NCBI GenBank assembly: GCA_023205875.1
Contig: CP060756.1
Location: forward strand, 1,054,001 to 1,118,000
Source: Chloropicon primus
Taxonomy: Eukaryota
Direction: 5' to 3'
DNA length: 64,000 bases
Positions 1-8,973 of the stretch are shown piece after piece; the stretch's first letter is position 1; the number at the start of each line of letters is the position of its first letter. The translations under genes were made by a program, and so were the position numbers. The notes below the pieces were generated by a model, which saw only the letters and a program-made list of their open reading frames with translations, had not been told where the DNA came from and ran no database searches.

Positions 1-622
1 GCTGTACGTCACGGGCCAGCCGAACGATTCGTATCCCGCGGACGGGCTGGTCACGCCCTGCGGTCTCCAGGCCTGGTCCTTCTTCAACGACACCTTCTCG
101 TTCCGGAAGTTCACGAGCCAGCAGCTCTCGGCGAACGAGTCGACTCCGCTCCCCGTGGACAGCAGCAAGATCTCTTGGCCAACCGACGCTTCCTTTCTGT
201 ACGGCAACGTCACGGCGGAGAACTTCAATGTTTACCCCCAGTACAGGGGCGGCGGAACCGTGACCAAGCCGCTGAACGAGGAGGAGCACTTCATGGTCTG
301 GATGAGGCTTGCCGCGAAGCCGAGCTTCTGGAAATTGTGGGGTGTCGTGAACGAGAAGCTGGAAAAGGGGGACACGGTGGAGGTGAACATACTCAACCAG
401 TACAATACCTACGAGTTCGGGGGAACGAAGAGCATCGTCCTCTCCACCAACTCGTGGCTGGGAAACAAGAACTACTTTCTGGGCGTGGTCTACATCGCGA
501 TCGGAGGGATATTCGTCGTCGTTGGAATCGTGTTTCAGATCGCTTACTGGGCGAGGCCGAGAAGGTTTGGTGACCACAAACACCTGTCCTGGAACAAGAG
601 CTCGAGCCTTCGAGCGCATTGA
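1..622 (+). CDS. CDC50/LEM3 family P4-ATPase (flippase) beta subunit, ALIS-like; 5' partial
   Basis: Frame open from base 2 (…PCGLQAWSFFNDTF…) through EHFMVWMRLAAKPSFWKLWG, GTKSIVLSTNSWLGNKNYFLG, C-terminal TM and RPRRFGDHKHLSW; stop at 620-622. Confidence 0.93.
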   Translation, partial: LYVTGQPNDSYPADGLVTPCGLQAWSFFNDTFSFRKFTSQQLSANESTPLPVDSSKISWPTDASFLYGNVTAENFNVYPQYRGGGTVTKPLNEEEHFMVWMRLAAKPSFWKLWGVVNEKLEKGDTVEVNILNQYNTYEFGGTKSIVLSTNSWLGNKNYFLGVVYIAIGGIFVVVGIVFQIAYWARPRRFGDHKHLSWNKSSSLRAH

Positions 623-692
623 GCGCGAAGGGAAAGACGCGCTCCCCACATGTAATTTACTCTTTTGCTGTACACTTTTTGGTTTGGCGGCG

Positions 693-1369
693 TTAAAGCT
701 CGATCCCCAAGTCCTCGTAGATCCCGTAGACGTGGCTGAGGATCGGTTCGGTGACCTCGACCAGTCGGATCGCGGGCCCCCGCGCGCTCTCCTCGGTCTC
801 CCCGATCTTCTTCAAGAAGGCCTCCCTGCTCGGCAAGAGGTACATTCCAGCAGCAACGGCTTTCTTCACAACCCACTCCAGGTAGTACTCTGAGCTCGAA
901 CTCGTCAGGACACCGGCACGGCTAAAACGATCGACGGGATTCACTCACCTATGGACTCCTTGAAGGCCTTCTGGGCGCTTACGCGAAGATGCTCCTCGTT
1001 GCCCTCCCTGAGCGTGTCCTTCAGGAGAAGGTTCAGGAACTTCAAGCTGTTCGTGATCCTGTGCAAGGGCCGGGACACGGCCTCAGGGTCGCGACCCGCC
1101 AAAGCTCTCCCCGCCTTGAAGTCCTCCCCGACAGCCTCCTTGATTGTCTTCCCCTTGCCCGAGCAGCTCGCCAGGATGTGCTTCGCCTTGTCCTGGATAT
1201 CCTTTTTGGCGAAACCAAAGACGCTCCCAAGCGAGTCGAAAACCAGGGGAATCAGCTCCAGGGCTCTCACGTAAGCCTCCAAATCGATGCCGCCACTCGA
1301 CTCGAGCTCCTCCTTGCACCCCTCGAACGCCTTCACCGCCTTTAGCAACCACCTGTCCTCGTCCTCCAT
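693..1369 (-). CDS. Glycolipid transfer protein (GLTP) family, ACD11-like; 2 exons (1369-949, 889-693)
   Basis: LIPLVFDSLGSVFGFAKKDIQDK…LHRITNSLKFL in exon 1; 59-bp GTGAGT…CAG intron 948-890; exon 2 YYLEWVVKKAVAAGMYLLPSREAFLKKI…LGIEL* resembles the ACD11 C-terminus. Confidence 0.85.
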
Positions 1370-1420
1370 GTTCACGTTCACTGAAGGGGCGCAAGGAAGG
1401 GGAGCCTGAGAGCGAGAGCG

Positions 1421-2374
1421 ATGGCGAACTTGGTCCCGGCGGAGGGGTCGGGAACCGTGGTGGTGCTGGAGGAGGGGGAGGGGCAGGAGGTTGAGCTCGA
1501 CAAGGTGGCGGAGCGATGCCTTCTGCGGAGGGACTTCGCGGAAGCGAGGGACGTGTCCCTCGCTGCATTGGACAACCTGCTGTGCGAGAATCTGGCCAGC
1601 GGGAGCGGCGTGAGACTGGCGTTCGTGCTGGGGCAGAGCCTGTTCGAGCTCGGGGATCTCGCGGGGACGGACAAGACGCACCTGAGGAGGATCTACGGGT
1701 CCTTCAAGTCGATACCGGACGAGGTAGTGGTCCTGTGGGTGGCCCTCCTGGCGGCCAAGGGGGAGGCGGAGACCTTGAGGAGATTCACCGATAGCTACGT
1801 CAAGCTCAACTCCAGCCGCCTCGGGGACGTGGCCGGGGGGACCTTCCTGCAGCTTTACGTCTTCGACGTGCTCTGCGAGGCCTTGGACGAGCCCCAGAGG
1901 GCGAGGGACTGGCTCGCGGGGAACTTGAGGGCGCCAAAGGACCAGAAGACAAAGAGGCGGTTGGAGAAGAGGGTGGATGCCTACGTCAGGGGCCGATCCG
2001 AGCGGGGCGGGGAGGGCCCCCCGACCAAGGGGGAGGGCGGGCGGGAGGCGAGCGGGGCCGATCTTCCAGGGGACGCAGGTGCCGGGGCGTCCGAGGCGAT
2101 AGAGGGGTCTCGTGGTGGTCGGGCCGCGGCCGCGCCGGACAGCGAAGGGGGCGAGGCCGCCCCCCCCCGGTCCTCCGGCAGTTGGGTCGATTCGATCGCC
2201 GCGAGGGCTGCAAGCATGGACCAAAAGCAGATCGCGGTGGCGGGCGCCGTCGCCGCCACCTTCCTGTACGCCCTGTACTCGGAGAGGAAGTTCATCTCCC
2301 GGGCCACGGGCCGGGCTTGGGATCGGCTCAAGGCGGGAGGGAAGGCCCTCGGATCCTTCCTGGTGGGGGGCTGA
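1421..2374 (+). CDS. Probable APEM9/PEX26-like tail-anchored peroxisomal membrane protein
   Basis: 317-aa ORF with strong codon bias; AERCLLRRDFAEA…AFVLGQSLFELG…IYGSFKSIPDEVVVLW resembles the APEM9/PEX26 N-terminus; C-terminal hydrophobic anchor followed by a basic tail. Confidence 0.6.
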   Translation: MANLVPAEGSGTVVVLEEGEGQEVELDKVAERCLLRRDFAEARDVSLAALDNLLCENLASGSGVRLAFVLGQSLFELGDLAGTDKTHLRRIYGSFKSIPDEVVVLWVALLAAKGEAETLRRFTDSYVKLNSSRLGDVAGGTFLQLYVFDVLCEALDEPQRARDWLAGNLRAPKDQKTKRRLEKRVDAYVRGRSERGGEGPPTKGEGGREASGADLPGDAGAGASEAIEGSRGGRAAAAPDSEGGEAAPPRSSGSWVDSIAARAASMDQKQIAVAGAVAATFLYALYSERKFISRATGRAWDRLKAGGKALGSFLVGG

Positions 2375-2902
2375 CGACGAGGACGACGACGACGAGGACG
2401 ATGACGCCTTCACATTCGATTGGGGGAGGGGGGGGGGCGCCGGAAGTCTTGGGTCTCGCCCTCCAGCGCAACCTTCTTGACGGGCCAGGGCAAGCTTATC
2501 GGGGTGAACGCGAGGATTCTCTCCGTTGTTCCTGGGGCTGGGCGGACCGGGTGGGCTCTTGGGCGCCAGCAGGAGCTCCTGGGGTGAAGTGGCCCTCGGA
2601 GACGGGATCAAGGACGTGAGCAGTGCCGAGGACAATCCCCGCGGTCTTGGAGCTGTGCGACGTTGGAGCCTCGGCGCGCGCGCAAGCTGCCGCAAGGAGG
2701 AAGGTTAAGACCATCGACGCGGTTCTGCATGCCAGGGCCGAGTGATGGGTTGGCAAACGACGATGAAATAACATAGCAATTGTAATCTAACAAAACCAAA
2801 AAGGAAACTGTTACTGGAAGGTCTGGGTCTTCTTCGACGCACAGAGCTTCCTCGGGGGCGAGAGAACTTGTGCGCGATTTTTCGACGAGGAGGGGTCCTT
2901 GG

Positions 2903-3319
2903 CTACGTGCATGGCACGAAGTGCGAGGCGGAGGAGAGCCACGACTCGATGGGGCTCCCCCCGCACTCGTGGGGGGCGTCCACCCCCTCCTCCAGGCCCC
3001 TGCTCGAGTAGTGAAGGAAAGGGCTGCTCTCCTTGTCCCCCTTCGGCGACTTGCTCAGATCCTCGAGCATCGCCTTGGCGTCGAACGACGTCCCCGCCTG
3101 GGAGGGCGAGATGGAGGCCCGGCTCACCCAGCTGCTGTTGAAAGACCTGAACGTCGAGCTCGCGTACAAGTTCAGCCAGGACTCCATCGCCTCGCTGCTG
3201 TCCGAGGAGGAGTCGCCGCACGCGTCTTCGTCCGAGGTTGTCGGAGAGGGAGACGGAGAGGAAGAAGCCTTCCCCTTCCTTTTGAAGAGATCTCGCACGC
3301 TCTTAAGAAGCAAGCGCAT
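2903..3319 (-). CDS. Hypothetical Ser-rich protein (138 aa)
   Basis: ATG-initiated ORF filling an otherwise empty gap; no recognisable domain; the opposite strand is also partly open. Confidence 0.3.
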   Translation of the reverse strand: MRLLLKSVRDLFKRKGKASSSPSPSPTTSDEDACGDSSSDSSEAMESWLNLYASSTFRSFNSSWVSRASISPSQAGTSFDAKAMLEDLSKSPKGDKESSPFLHYSSRGLEEGVDAPHECGGSPIESWLSSASHFVPCT

Positions 3320-3417
3320 CGTCGTCGTCGCCCCTCCTCTCCGCCCTTGTGCTTTTTGGGGGCGTTACGAAGAAAAGCCACAGCAGCCCCACAGAGGCCA
3401 TCGAAATCCGCCAAGGA

Positions 3418-3453
3418 AAAATCAAACAGCCAAAGAAAATCAAACAGCCAAAG
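3418..3453. repeat. Tandem 18-bp duplication AAAATCAAACAGCCAAAG x2
   Basis: Seen directly at 3418-3435 and 3436-3453. Confidence 0.9.
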
Positions 3454-3560
3454 AACCAGCGATTGCATGCTTTGATTAAGATTGAAAGAAAGAGAGAGAA
3501 GGGGGAAGACGAACGAACCCAGTCTTCGCCTGGCCGTTCGAGGAATCGTTCCTCTCTCAA

Positions 3561-3613
3561 CCCCCCCCCCAAACCCCCCAAAAGGGAAACCCCCCAAAAG
3601 GGAAACCCCCCAA
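3561..3613. repeat. C10 followed by (AAACCCCCCAAAAGGG) x2.7
   Basis: 16-bp units at 3571-3586, 3587-3602 and a partial unit at 3603-3613. Confidence 0.9.
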
Positions 3614-3660
3614 CATCGAACATCCATCTCTCTCAGCTCTCCTACTGCTCGCTAGTCCTG

Positions 3661-4632
3661 CTACTGGTGCACGCCGGGCCCCAGGATTCTGGCCGAGATC
3701 GCCGCGGCCCGGGCCTTGGCCACCGCCAGGGGGTCCTGAGCCGCCCCCGCAGCCCCCGTCGTCGTCGCCCCCGGCGCGATCCTCGTCTTCAGGGTGGCGA
3801 TTGCTTGGCTCACGAGGGCCTCGCCCAGCTTGCTCGCCGGCTGCGGCTGCTGGGCGCCCCCTTGGGCGACCGACGGGATGGCGAGGCTCACCCCGATGCG
3901 GCGGTCGCCCAGCTGCATCCCGTTGATGCTCAGGGCCGCCTTCTCGGCCTCGGCCCTCTCCGCGAACCGGACCAGGGCGTACTGCACCGTGCCGCCCACG
4001 TAGGAGCAGTCCAAGACCTGGCCGCACATCGACATGATGGACCGGACCTCCTCTATCGTCACCTGGGGGCTGATGTTGGACACGTTCACCACCTGGGCGA
4101 GCTCCTCGCTCCCGTAGACCACGTTCTTGTACGTGGGCTGAAGGTGGCTCCTCTCGGCGGGCTTCTGCCCCCCGGCGTCCTCGGCCTTCTTGGGCTTGGG
4201 AAGGTGGGAGAGAGAGATCACGGTCAGCGCAAAGGGAGAGCCCTGCACCTGCACGCTGTTCACCTCTATGGCCACCTTGTAGTCCCCCCCCTCGGAGCAG
4301 GAGAGGGTGATTGTGTACGTCCCGTCGTTGTTGTCCTCCACGGACCCCTCCGTCATCTCGGCGCCCCTGCTGGCCGCCTGCGAGGCGTCGACCCCCTCGT
4401 CCTCCCTCACGGCCCTCACGCGCACGCGGGCCCCGCCCTCGTAGATCTTCCGGTCGTCCGCGTCAAAGCACTGCAAGTCGACCTTGAACGCTATCCCCGC
4501 GGTCGCCTTCGCTATCCCTGGTGGCACGACCTTGCAGTGCCTCGGCGACAGGGGACCCGCCTTGGCGCAGATCGGTGCAAGCACCGGCCCCCTCGGCCCC
4601 CTCTCATCGTCCCCTATCCTGATCAGACTCAT
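3661..4632 (-). CDS. Filamin-type Ig repeat + RRM RNA-binding protein
   Basis: VEDNNDGTYTITL…GDYKVAIEVNSVQVQGSPF (filamin repeat); VVNVSNISPQVT…YALVRFAERAEAEKAALSINGMQLGDRRIGV (RRM). ATG at 4632. Confidence 0.85.
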   Translation of the reverse strand: MSLIRIGDDERGPRGPVLAPICAKAGPLSPRHCKVVPPGIAKATAGIAFKVDLQCFDADDRKIYEGGARVRVRAVREDEGVDASQAASRGAEMTEGSVEDNNDGTYTITLSCSEGGDYKVAIEVNSVQVQGSPFALTVISLSHLPKPKKAEDAGGQKPAERSHLQPTYKNVVYGSEELAQVVNVSNISPQVTIEEVRSIMSMCGQVLDCSYVGGTVQYALVRFAERAEAEKAALSINGMQLGDRRIGVSLAIPSVAQGGAQQPQPASKLGEALVSQAIATLKTRIAPGATTTGAAGAAQDPLAVAKARAAAISARILGPGVHQ

Positions 4633-4895
4633 CCCTGACCTTCCTCCTCTGCTCAAAAAAATCAATCAAACAATCCCAAGCGCGGACTCACGCCAAGGTC
4701 CTCGTTCGTCGTTCGCTTGCTGAACCTCGTGGTCACCGCGAGGAACTCTCCTCCGTCCTTACCAGGCAATGACGCGCACCCACCCACTCACGCACTCCCC
4801 CAAAGGCAAGCGAACCGAACGCCACCACCCCACTCGCCTCTCTCTCTCTCCTGAAGCTGATCCAGTTGCCAGTTGCGGCGCGGCCAAGGCGAGGG

Positions 4896-4897
<2 letters not shown>

Positions 4898-4933
<36 letters not shown>
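4898..4933. repeat. (GACGAG)n hexamer microsatellite in a divergent intergenic region
   Basis: About 6 GACGAG units, seen directly. Confidence 0.8.
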
Positions 4934-4939
<6 letters not shown>

Positions 4940-5128
4940 TGTGGAAGACCGACGGGCGAGTCATTGCATCGGCGGCGCATCCTTTGGAGGGAGTTGGGTC
5001 TGGGGTGAAGGCGAGCTCTTGTGGGCGAACGGTCCGAGCGGCGAAGGCGAAAGGAGTGCCGCAAGTGTGCAGATCCCAGGCGAAGAGTGCGTGTTTGGTC
5101 AGCGCGTGAGGCGGCGAAGCGAGAGGCA

Positions 5129-6403
5129 ATGGAGGGCACGTCGTTCTATGGCGTGATCGTGAAGCCGGGCCGGAAGACCGTGTTCGAGCCCAACAAGGAG
5201 AGGAGCAACAAGTTGCACTTGTCGAATGCGACTTTGGGTTCGTCCGCTCGTGAGGGGGAGAGGGTCCGTCTCAAGTGTCGAAGGGCAGACGAGGGCAGGA
5301 ACGACATCTTCCTGTGCTCCCTGATCGCCGGAAGGAACGAATCCTGCGCTCTGGACGTCATCTTCGACGAGTACGTGGAGATCAGCGTGGACGGGGAGAC
5401 GGAGGTGCACGTCACAGGGTACACGGTGCTCTTCGAGGAGGACTCACTTTCTTACTACAGCGACTCGGACCTGGACGTCGGGGGCACGAGAATGATCAGG
5501 GACCAGCCCGAGTCGGACTCCGAGGAGGACTTGGACGAGGAGGGTTACACGGACTCGGACTCGCCTTACGACTCCGACGAGCTGATCGAGCTGGACTCTG
5601 ACGTGGAGAGTGACGACTACTCGTCGTTGAGCGACGGGGACGAGATGGACGTGGAGACGGCGAGGGCGCTCACGAAGAAGGAGAGCAAGGAGCCTGATTA
5701 CATCATCGAGGAGATCACAGACGAGGGGAAGCCGCAAGCAACCCCGGGGAAGGGTGGTGCGAAGAAGGCCCAAGGCAAGAACAACAAGGAAGGGGACGAG
5801 AAGGCCACCAAGAGGAAGGGCAACAAGAGGACCGCGTCATCCCAATCCACCCAGGAGTCCCCGCCCAAAAAGGTCAAGGTGAGGGAGGACAGGGGGAAGA
5901 AGAAGGAGGACGCGAGCCAGAAACAGTCCGAAGCCGGGCCCTCCAGCAGCAGCCAAAAGGGAGGAGGGGCCGGCACGAGTCAGCAGCCTGCCAAGGGAAA
6001 GGCGGCTGGGAAGGCGAACTCCAAGGCCAAGGAATCCCCTGCGTCATCATCGAACGGCGCACAAATCCAGCGGTTTCCAAGCGGTCTGGAGATCATCAAG
6101 ACTGCGATGGGAAAGGCGGACGGCAAGCTGGCCACGAACGGCAAGAGGGTGTTCTGCAGATACGTTGGCCGGCTCAAGAAGACCGGCCAAATCTTCGACA
6201 AGTCGAAGAACAAGCCCTTCTCCTTCAGGCTTGGTGTGGGCGAGGTGATCCAAGGCTGGGACATTGGCATAAAGGGGATGAGGGTCGGCGACAAGAGGAG
6301 GATCACGGTGCCTCCAAAGCTCGGCTACGGGGACAGGAGGCAGGGACCCATCCCCAAGAATTCGACTCTCGTGTTCGACGTCGAATTGGTGGACGTGCGC
6401 TAG
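5129..6403 (+). CDS. Nucleoplasmin-like domain FKBP-type PPIase (FKBP53/Fpr4-like histone chaperone)
   Basis: N-terminal FYGVIVKPG…LHLSNATLG…VHVTGY; acidic/basic linker; C-terminal FKBP YVGRLKKTGQIFD…FRLGVGEVIQGWDIG…IPKNSTLVFDVEL. Confidence 0.93.
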   Translation: MEGTSFYGVIVKPGRKTVFEPNKERSNKLHLSNATLGSSAREGERVRLKCRRADEGRNDIFLCSLIAGRNESCALDVIFDEYVEISVDGETEVHVTGYTVLFEEDSLSYYSDSDLDVGGTRMIRDQPESDSEEDLDEEGYTDSDSPYDSDELIELDSDVESDDYSSLSDGDEMDVETARALTKKESKEPDYIIEEITDEGKPQATPGKGGAKKAQGKNNKEGDEKATKRKGNKRTASSQSTQESPPKKVKVREDRGKKKEDASQKQSEAGPSSSSQKGGGAGTSQQPAKGKAAGKANSKAKESPASSSNGAQIQRFPSGLEIIKTAMGKADGKLATNGKRVFCRYVGRLKKTGQIFDKSKNKPFSFRLGVGEVIQGWDIGIKGMRVGDKRRITVPPKLGYGDRRQGPIPKNSTLVFDVELVDVR

Positions 6404-6689
6404 ATTTGCTGGCGCAGGCTTCGAGTGTGAGGATTTTGGTCACGGAGCTCCTCGGTTGGGGTGTCGCGTCGTCGTCGTTGCTCAAGGTCCGACCTCCTTG
6501 TCACGACGTCAACTGATATAATATATATTTAATCCATCGACGTGTTCTTGCTGGCATGGACAAAGGGGACTGAGGGGCAGGAGGAGGGATGGGTGGAACG
6601 GAACGTTCATTCGAAAACAGTGCGAATGGAATGGATTACAAGCTGCTCTTCGCAAGCAGGGAGAGACCTAACCGCCGCGTTTGAAGGGC

Positions 6690-7298
6690 CTACTTTCTGC
6701 CGATGCTCAAGAAAATTTCAAGGATCGCTGCAAGGAGAGAGACGGAGACACACGGAGACAGAGAGAGAGAGAGATGTCAGGGCACTGCGAGCTCGAGTCG
6801 CTTGCTTCTGGAAGCCAGGCCGGAATGAAAGGACACTTACACGAACCCAGGACCACGAAGAGGAAGAAGGCCAGGACGACTGGACCGACCGTGAAAGGAT
6901 ACTTCTTGCTCTCCTTGTTTCCGCCCTTCTTGTTGATTTTGTTGTTGTACTTCGCGCTCTTGGCGGCCGTGTGACGCTTGGAGACGACCTGCCGACGACA
7001 ACGAGTGTAGGGGCAGAGAACGCAAACGAAACGAAAGTTGGGAAGGTCAGGCACGCCCCCCAAAACGAGAAACCCCACGAGGCCACGGCCTCCCACACCC
7101 GCGCCCCCTCCGCGCCTCCCGCGGGCGTCTTCCTCCTCGAAGGGGCCTCCCCTCGGGGCGCGGGGCTGGACACGGGTGGCAGCGAAACAAAAGTCTCCGC
7201 CAAAATAAGCGAAGCCGCCCCCTCAACTCAACCCCCGAGACCCGCAACGCGAAGAGGGAAGCCCTCGCGTTCCCCCCTCGTGCTCATTCCCTTACCAT
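6690..7298 (-). CDS. SERP1: Stress-associated ER protein SERP1/RAMP4 (62 aa); exons 7298-7296, 6988-6841, 6727-6690
   Basis: Spliced product MVVSKRHTAAKSAKYNNKINKKGG…FTVGPVVLAFFLFVVLGSSILEIFLSIGRK*; both introns are GTAAG…CAG and the frame is preserved (3+148+38 nt). Confidence 0.85.
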
Positions 7299-7307
7299 GA
7301 TTGTGCT

Positions 7308-7331
7308 CTCTCTCTCTCTCTCTCTCTCTCT
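7308..7331. repeat. (CT/GA)n microsatellite; similar tracts near 7606-7638, 19671-19690, 34208-34235, 37229-37252 and 49574-49592
   Basis: Dinucleotide runs in intergenic/5' regions, seen directly. Confidence 0.85.
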
Positions 7332-7602
7332 TCGTGCTGCAACGCAACCGACGCCGACGAGTGTCCTCCGCTGTGGGCGATTTTCCACAGCAGAGGCCAA
7401 CGTCGTGCTCGAGGGAGGTCTGTCTCGGAAAATCTGGAACTCGATGGAGGAGGCCGAGACCAAATGCTGTTGTTGTTGCACTCGGGTCCCCAAGGCTTCC
7501 AGGAGGGAGGGACTGCTCCCTAGCACCTGCATCCTCATCACGTTCCCCTCCCTCGTTGCAGTGGATTGCTGGAAGCTCGAAGTATCGATATCTATTTATT
7601 TA

Positions 7603-7640
<38 letters not shown>

Positions 7641-7754
7641 TTTCGTTTCGTTTCGTTTATAGGAGGATTCATTTTTTTTGGAGAGGGGTCGCCCCGTCGC
7701 CCTCTTGCCTCGGCCTCGAGACCACCTGTGCCGTGCTCGACGACTCTTTGCTTT

Positions 7755-8818
7755 TCAGCTGGCGATGTAATCATCGAGGGAGACGTTGTTGACGCTGAAC
7801 TTGCCCTCCTCGGAGCGCATGACGTGCTGCCACTCCTCCCTGTTGTCCCAAGCCCTGTCCCAGTGCATGAGGTGGACGTCGAAGTCGAGACCGGACTCCA
7901 GGGCCTTGGGCCAGAGGTCCGTCTTCCGCTCGGCCGGGCGCGTCTTCTCCAGCTCCACCCTAAGGAGCTTGGAGCCGCCCACGGTCTCGAGCTCCCACAC
8001 GAAGTCGACGAGACCGGACGACCTCACCGGGCCGTAGATCTTTCCCTCTATCAGCTCCCTCCCGTTCTTCCTGCAGTACGCCCGAAGCCTCCCCCCCTTC
8101 ACTTCTATCTCCAACGTCTTGCTGGTGGTGGTCTTAGGCACCTCCACCGTGATCTCGACGTACTCGTTCGTCTGGTTCCAAGAGTAGTCGGTCTCCTTCC
8201 CTCCGCTCTTCTCCGGAATGCTCGTCGTCCTGTGGTCGACCTCCACCCAGGGCGACTTGCCTCCCTGGTTCATCGCCCGCACTCGAAACTGTTTCGTTTC
8301 GGGAGCCAAGCAACAAAGGAAGACGAAAACGAGGGAGGGAGTCAGGCAAAAAGAAACGAGGAGGAGGAAACGGGAGTCTTGCTCGGGAATCCTTCCCTCA
8401 GCGGAGGAGACCAGCGCCTCCCGTGCTCTGCGTCTACCTTGAGTCGGTGATTGGCTGGGAGCTGCCCAATCGTGTAAGTCTTGTCCTTCCCCCAGAAGGA
8501 TCTCAAAAAGTCCCGCCCCAGCTTCTGTTTCACCCTCTCGTCCGTCGTGTCCGTCTGCACCTCGTACATGTCCTCGTTCCACACGCTCGACCTGCCGCAC
8601 GTCCAGTCCAACCTTATCTCGTTGTGCCGCGACGAGCACCGCACCTTCGGGGTCCGAGGCACCTGCCCGAGGAAGATGCTCAGCAGGGGCTTGAGGGGTT
8701 TGGCCCACCTCGGGAGCTCCTTCGCGTCCGACTTCACCAACACAACCGCTGCGGTGATCCAACCCAATACCAGGGTCAACGCCGCCCCTGCGAACACGAT
8801 AAAATCCTCCGGCGACAT
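7755..8818 (-). CDS. Membrane-anchored FN3 + CS (p23/NudC-type) domain protein; exons 8818-8438, 8288-7755
   Basis: N-terminal TM; FN3 hallmarks IRLDW…YEVQ…YTIGQLPANHRLK|FRVRAMNQGGKSPW joined across a 149-bp GT-AG intron; CS domain YSWNQTNEYVEITVEVP…WEL…LRVELEK…W. Confidence 0.8.
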
Positions 8819-8973
8819 CCTCGTCCTCGTGGGTTCACACACACACACTCTCTCCCTCCACTCCCTCCACTCCCTCGAGAGGAGAGATCGAGATCGAGGA
8901 GGGACGGCGACGAGGTGGTGGTGGGTCTGCAGGCGGGGGGGGGGTGCGGCTGTGAGTCGTGGCGTTGGGAGGG

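Noticed and set aside
941..2695. 584-aa ORF as one protein
   Set aside because: Only the part from ATG 1369 is GLTP-like; the rest is antisense to the 1421-2374 gene.
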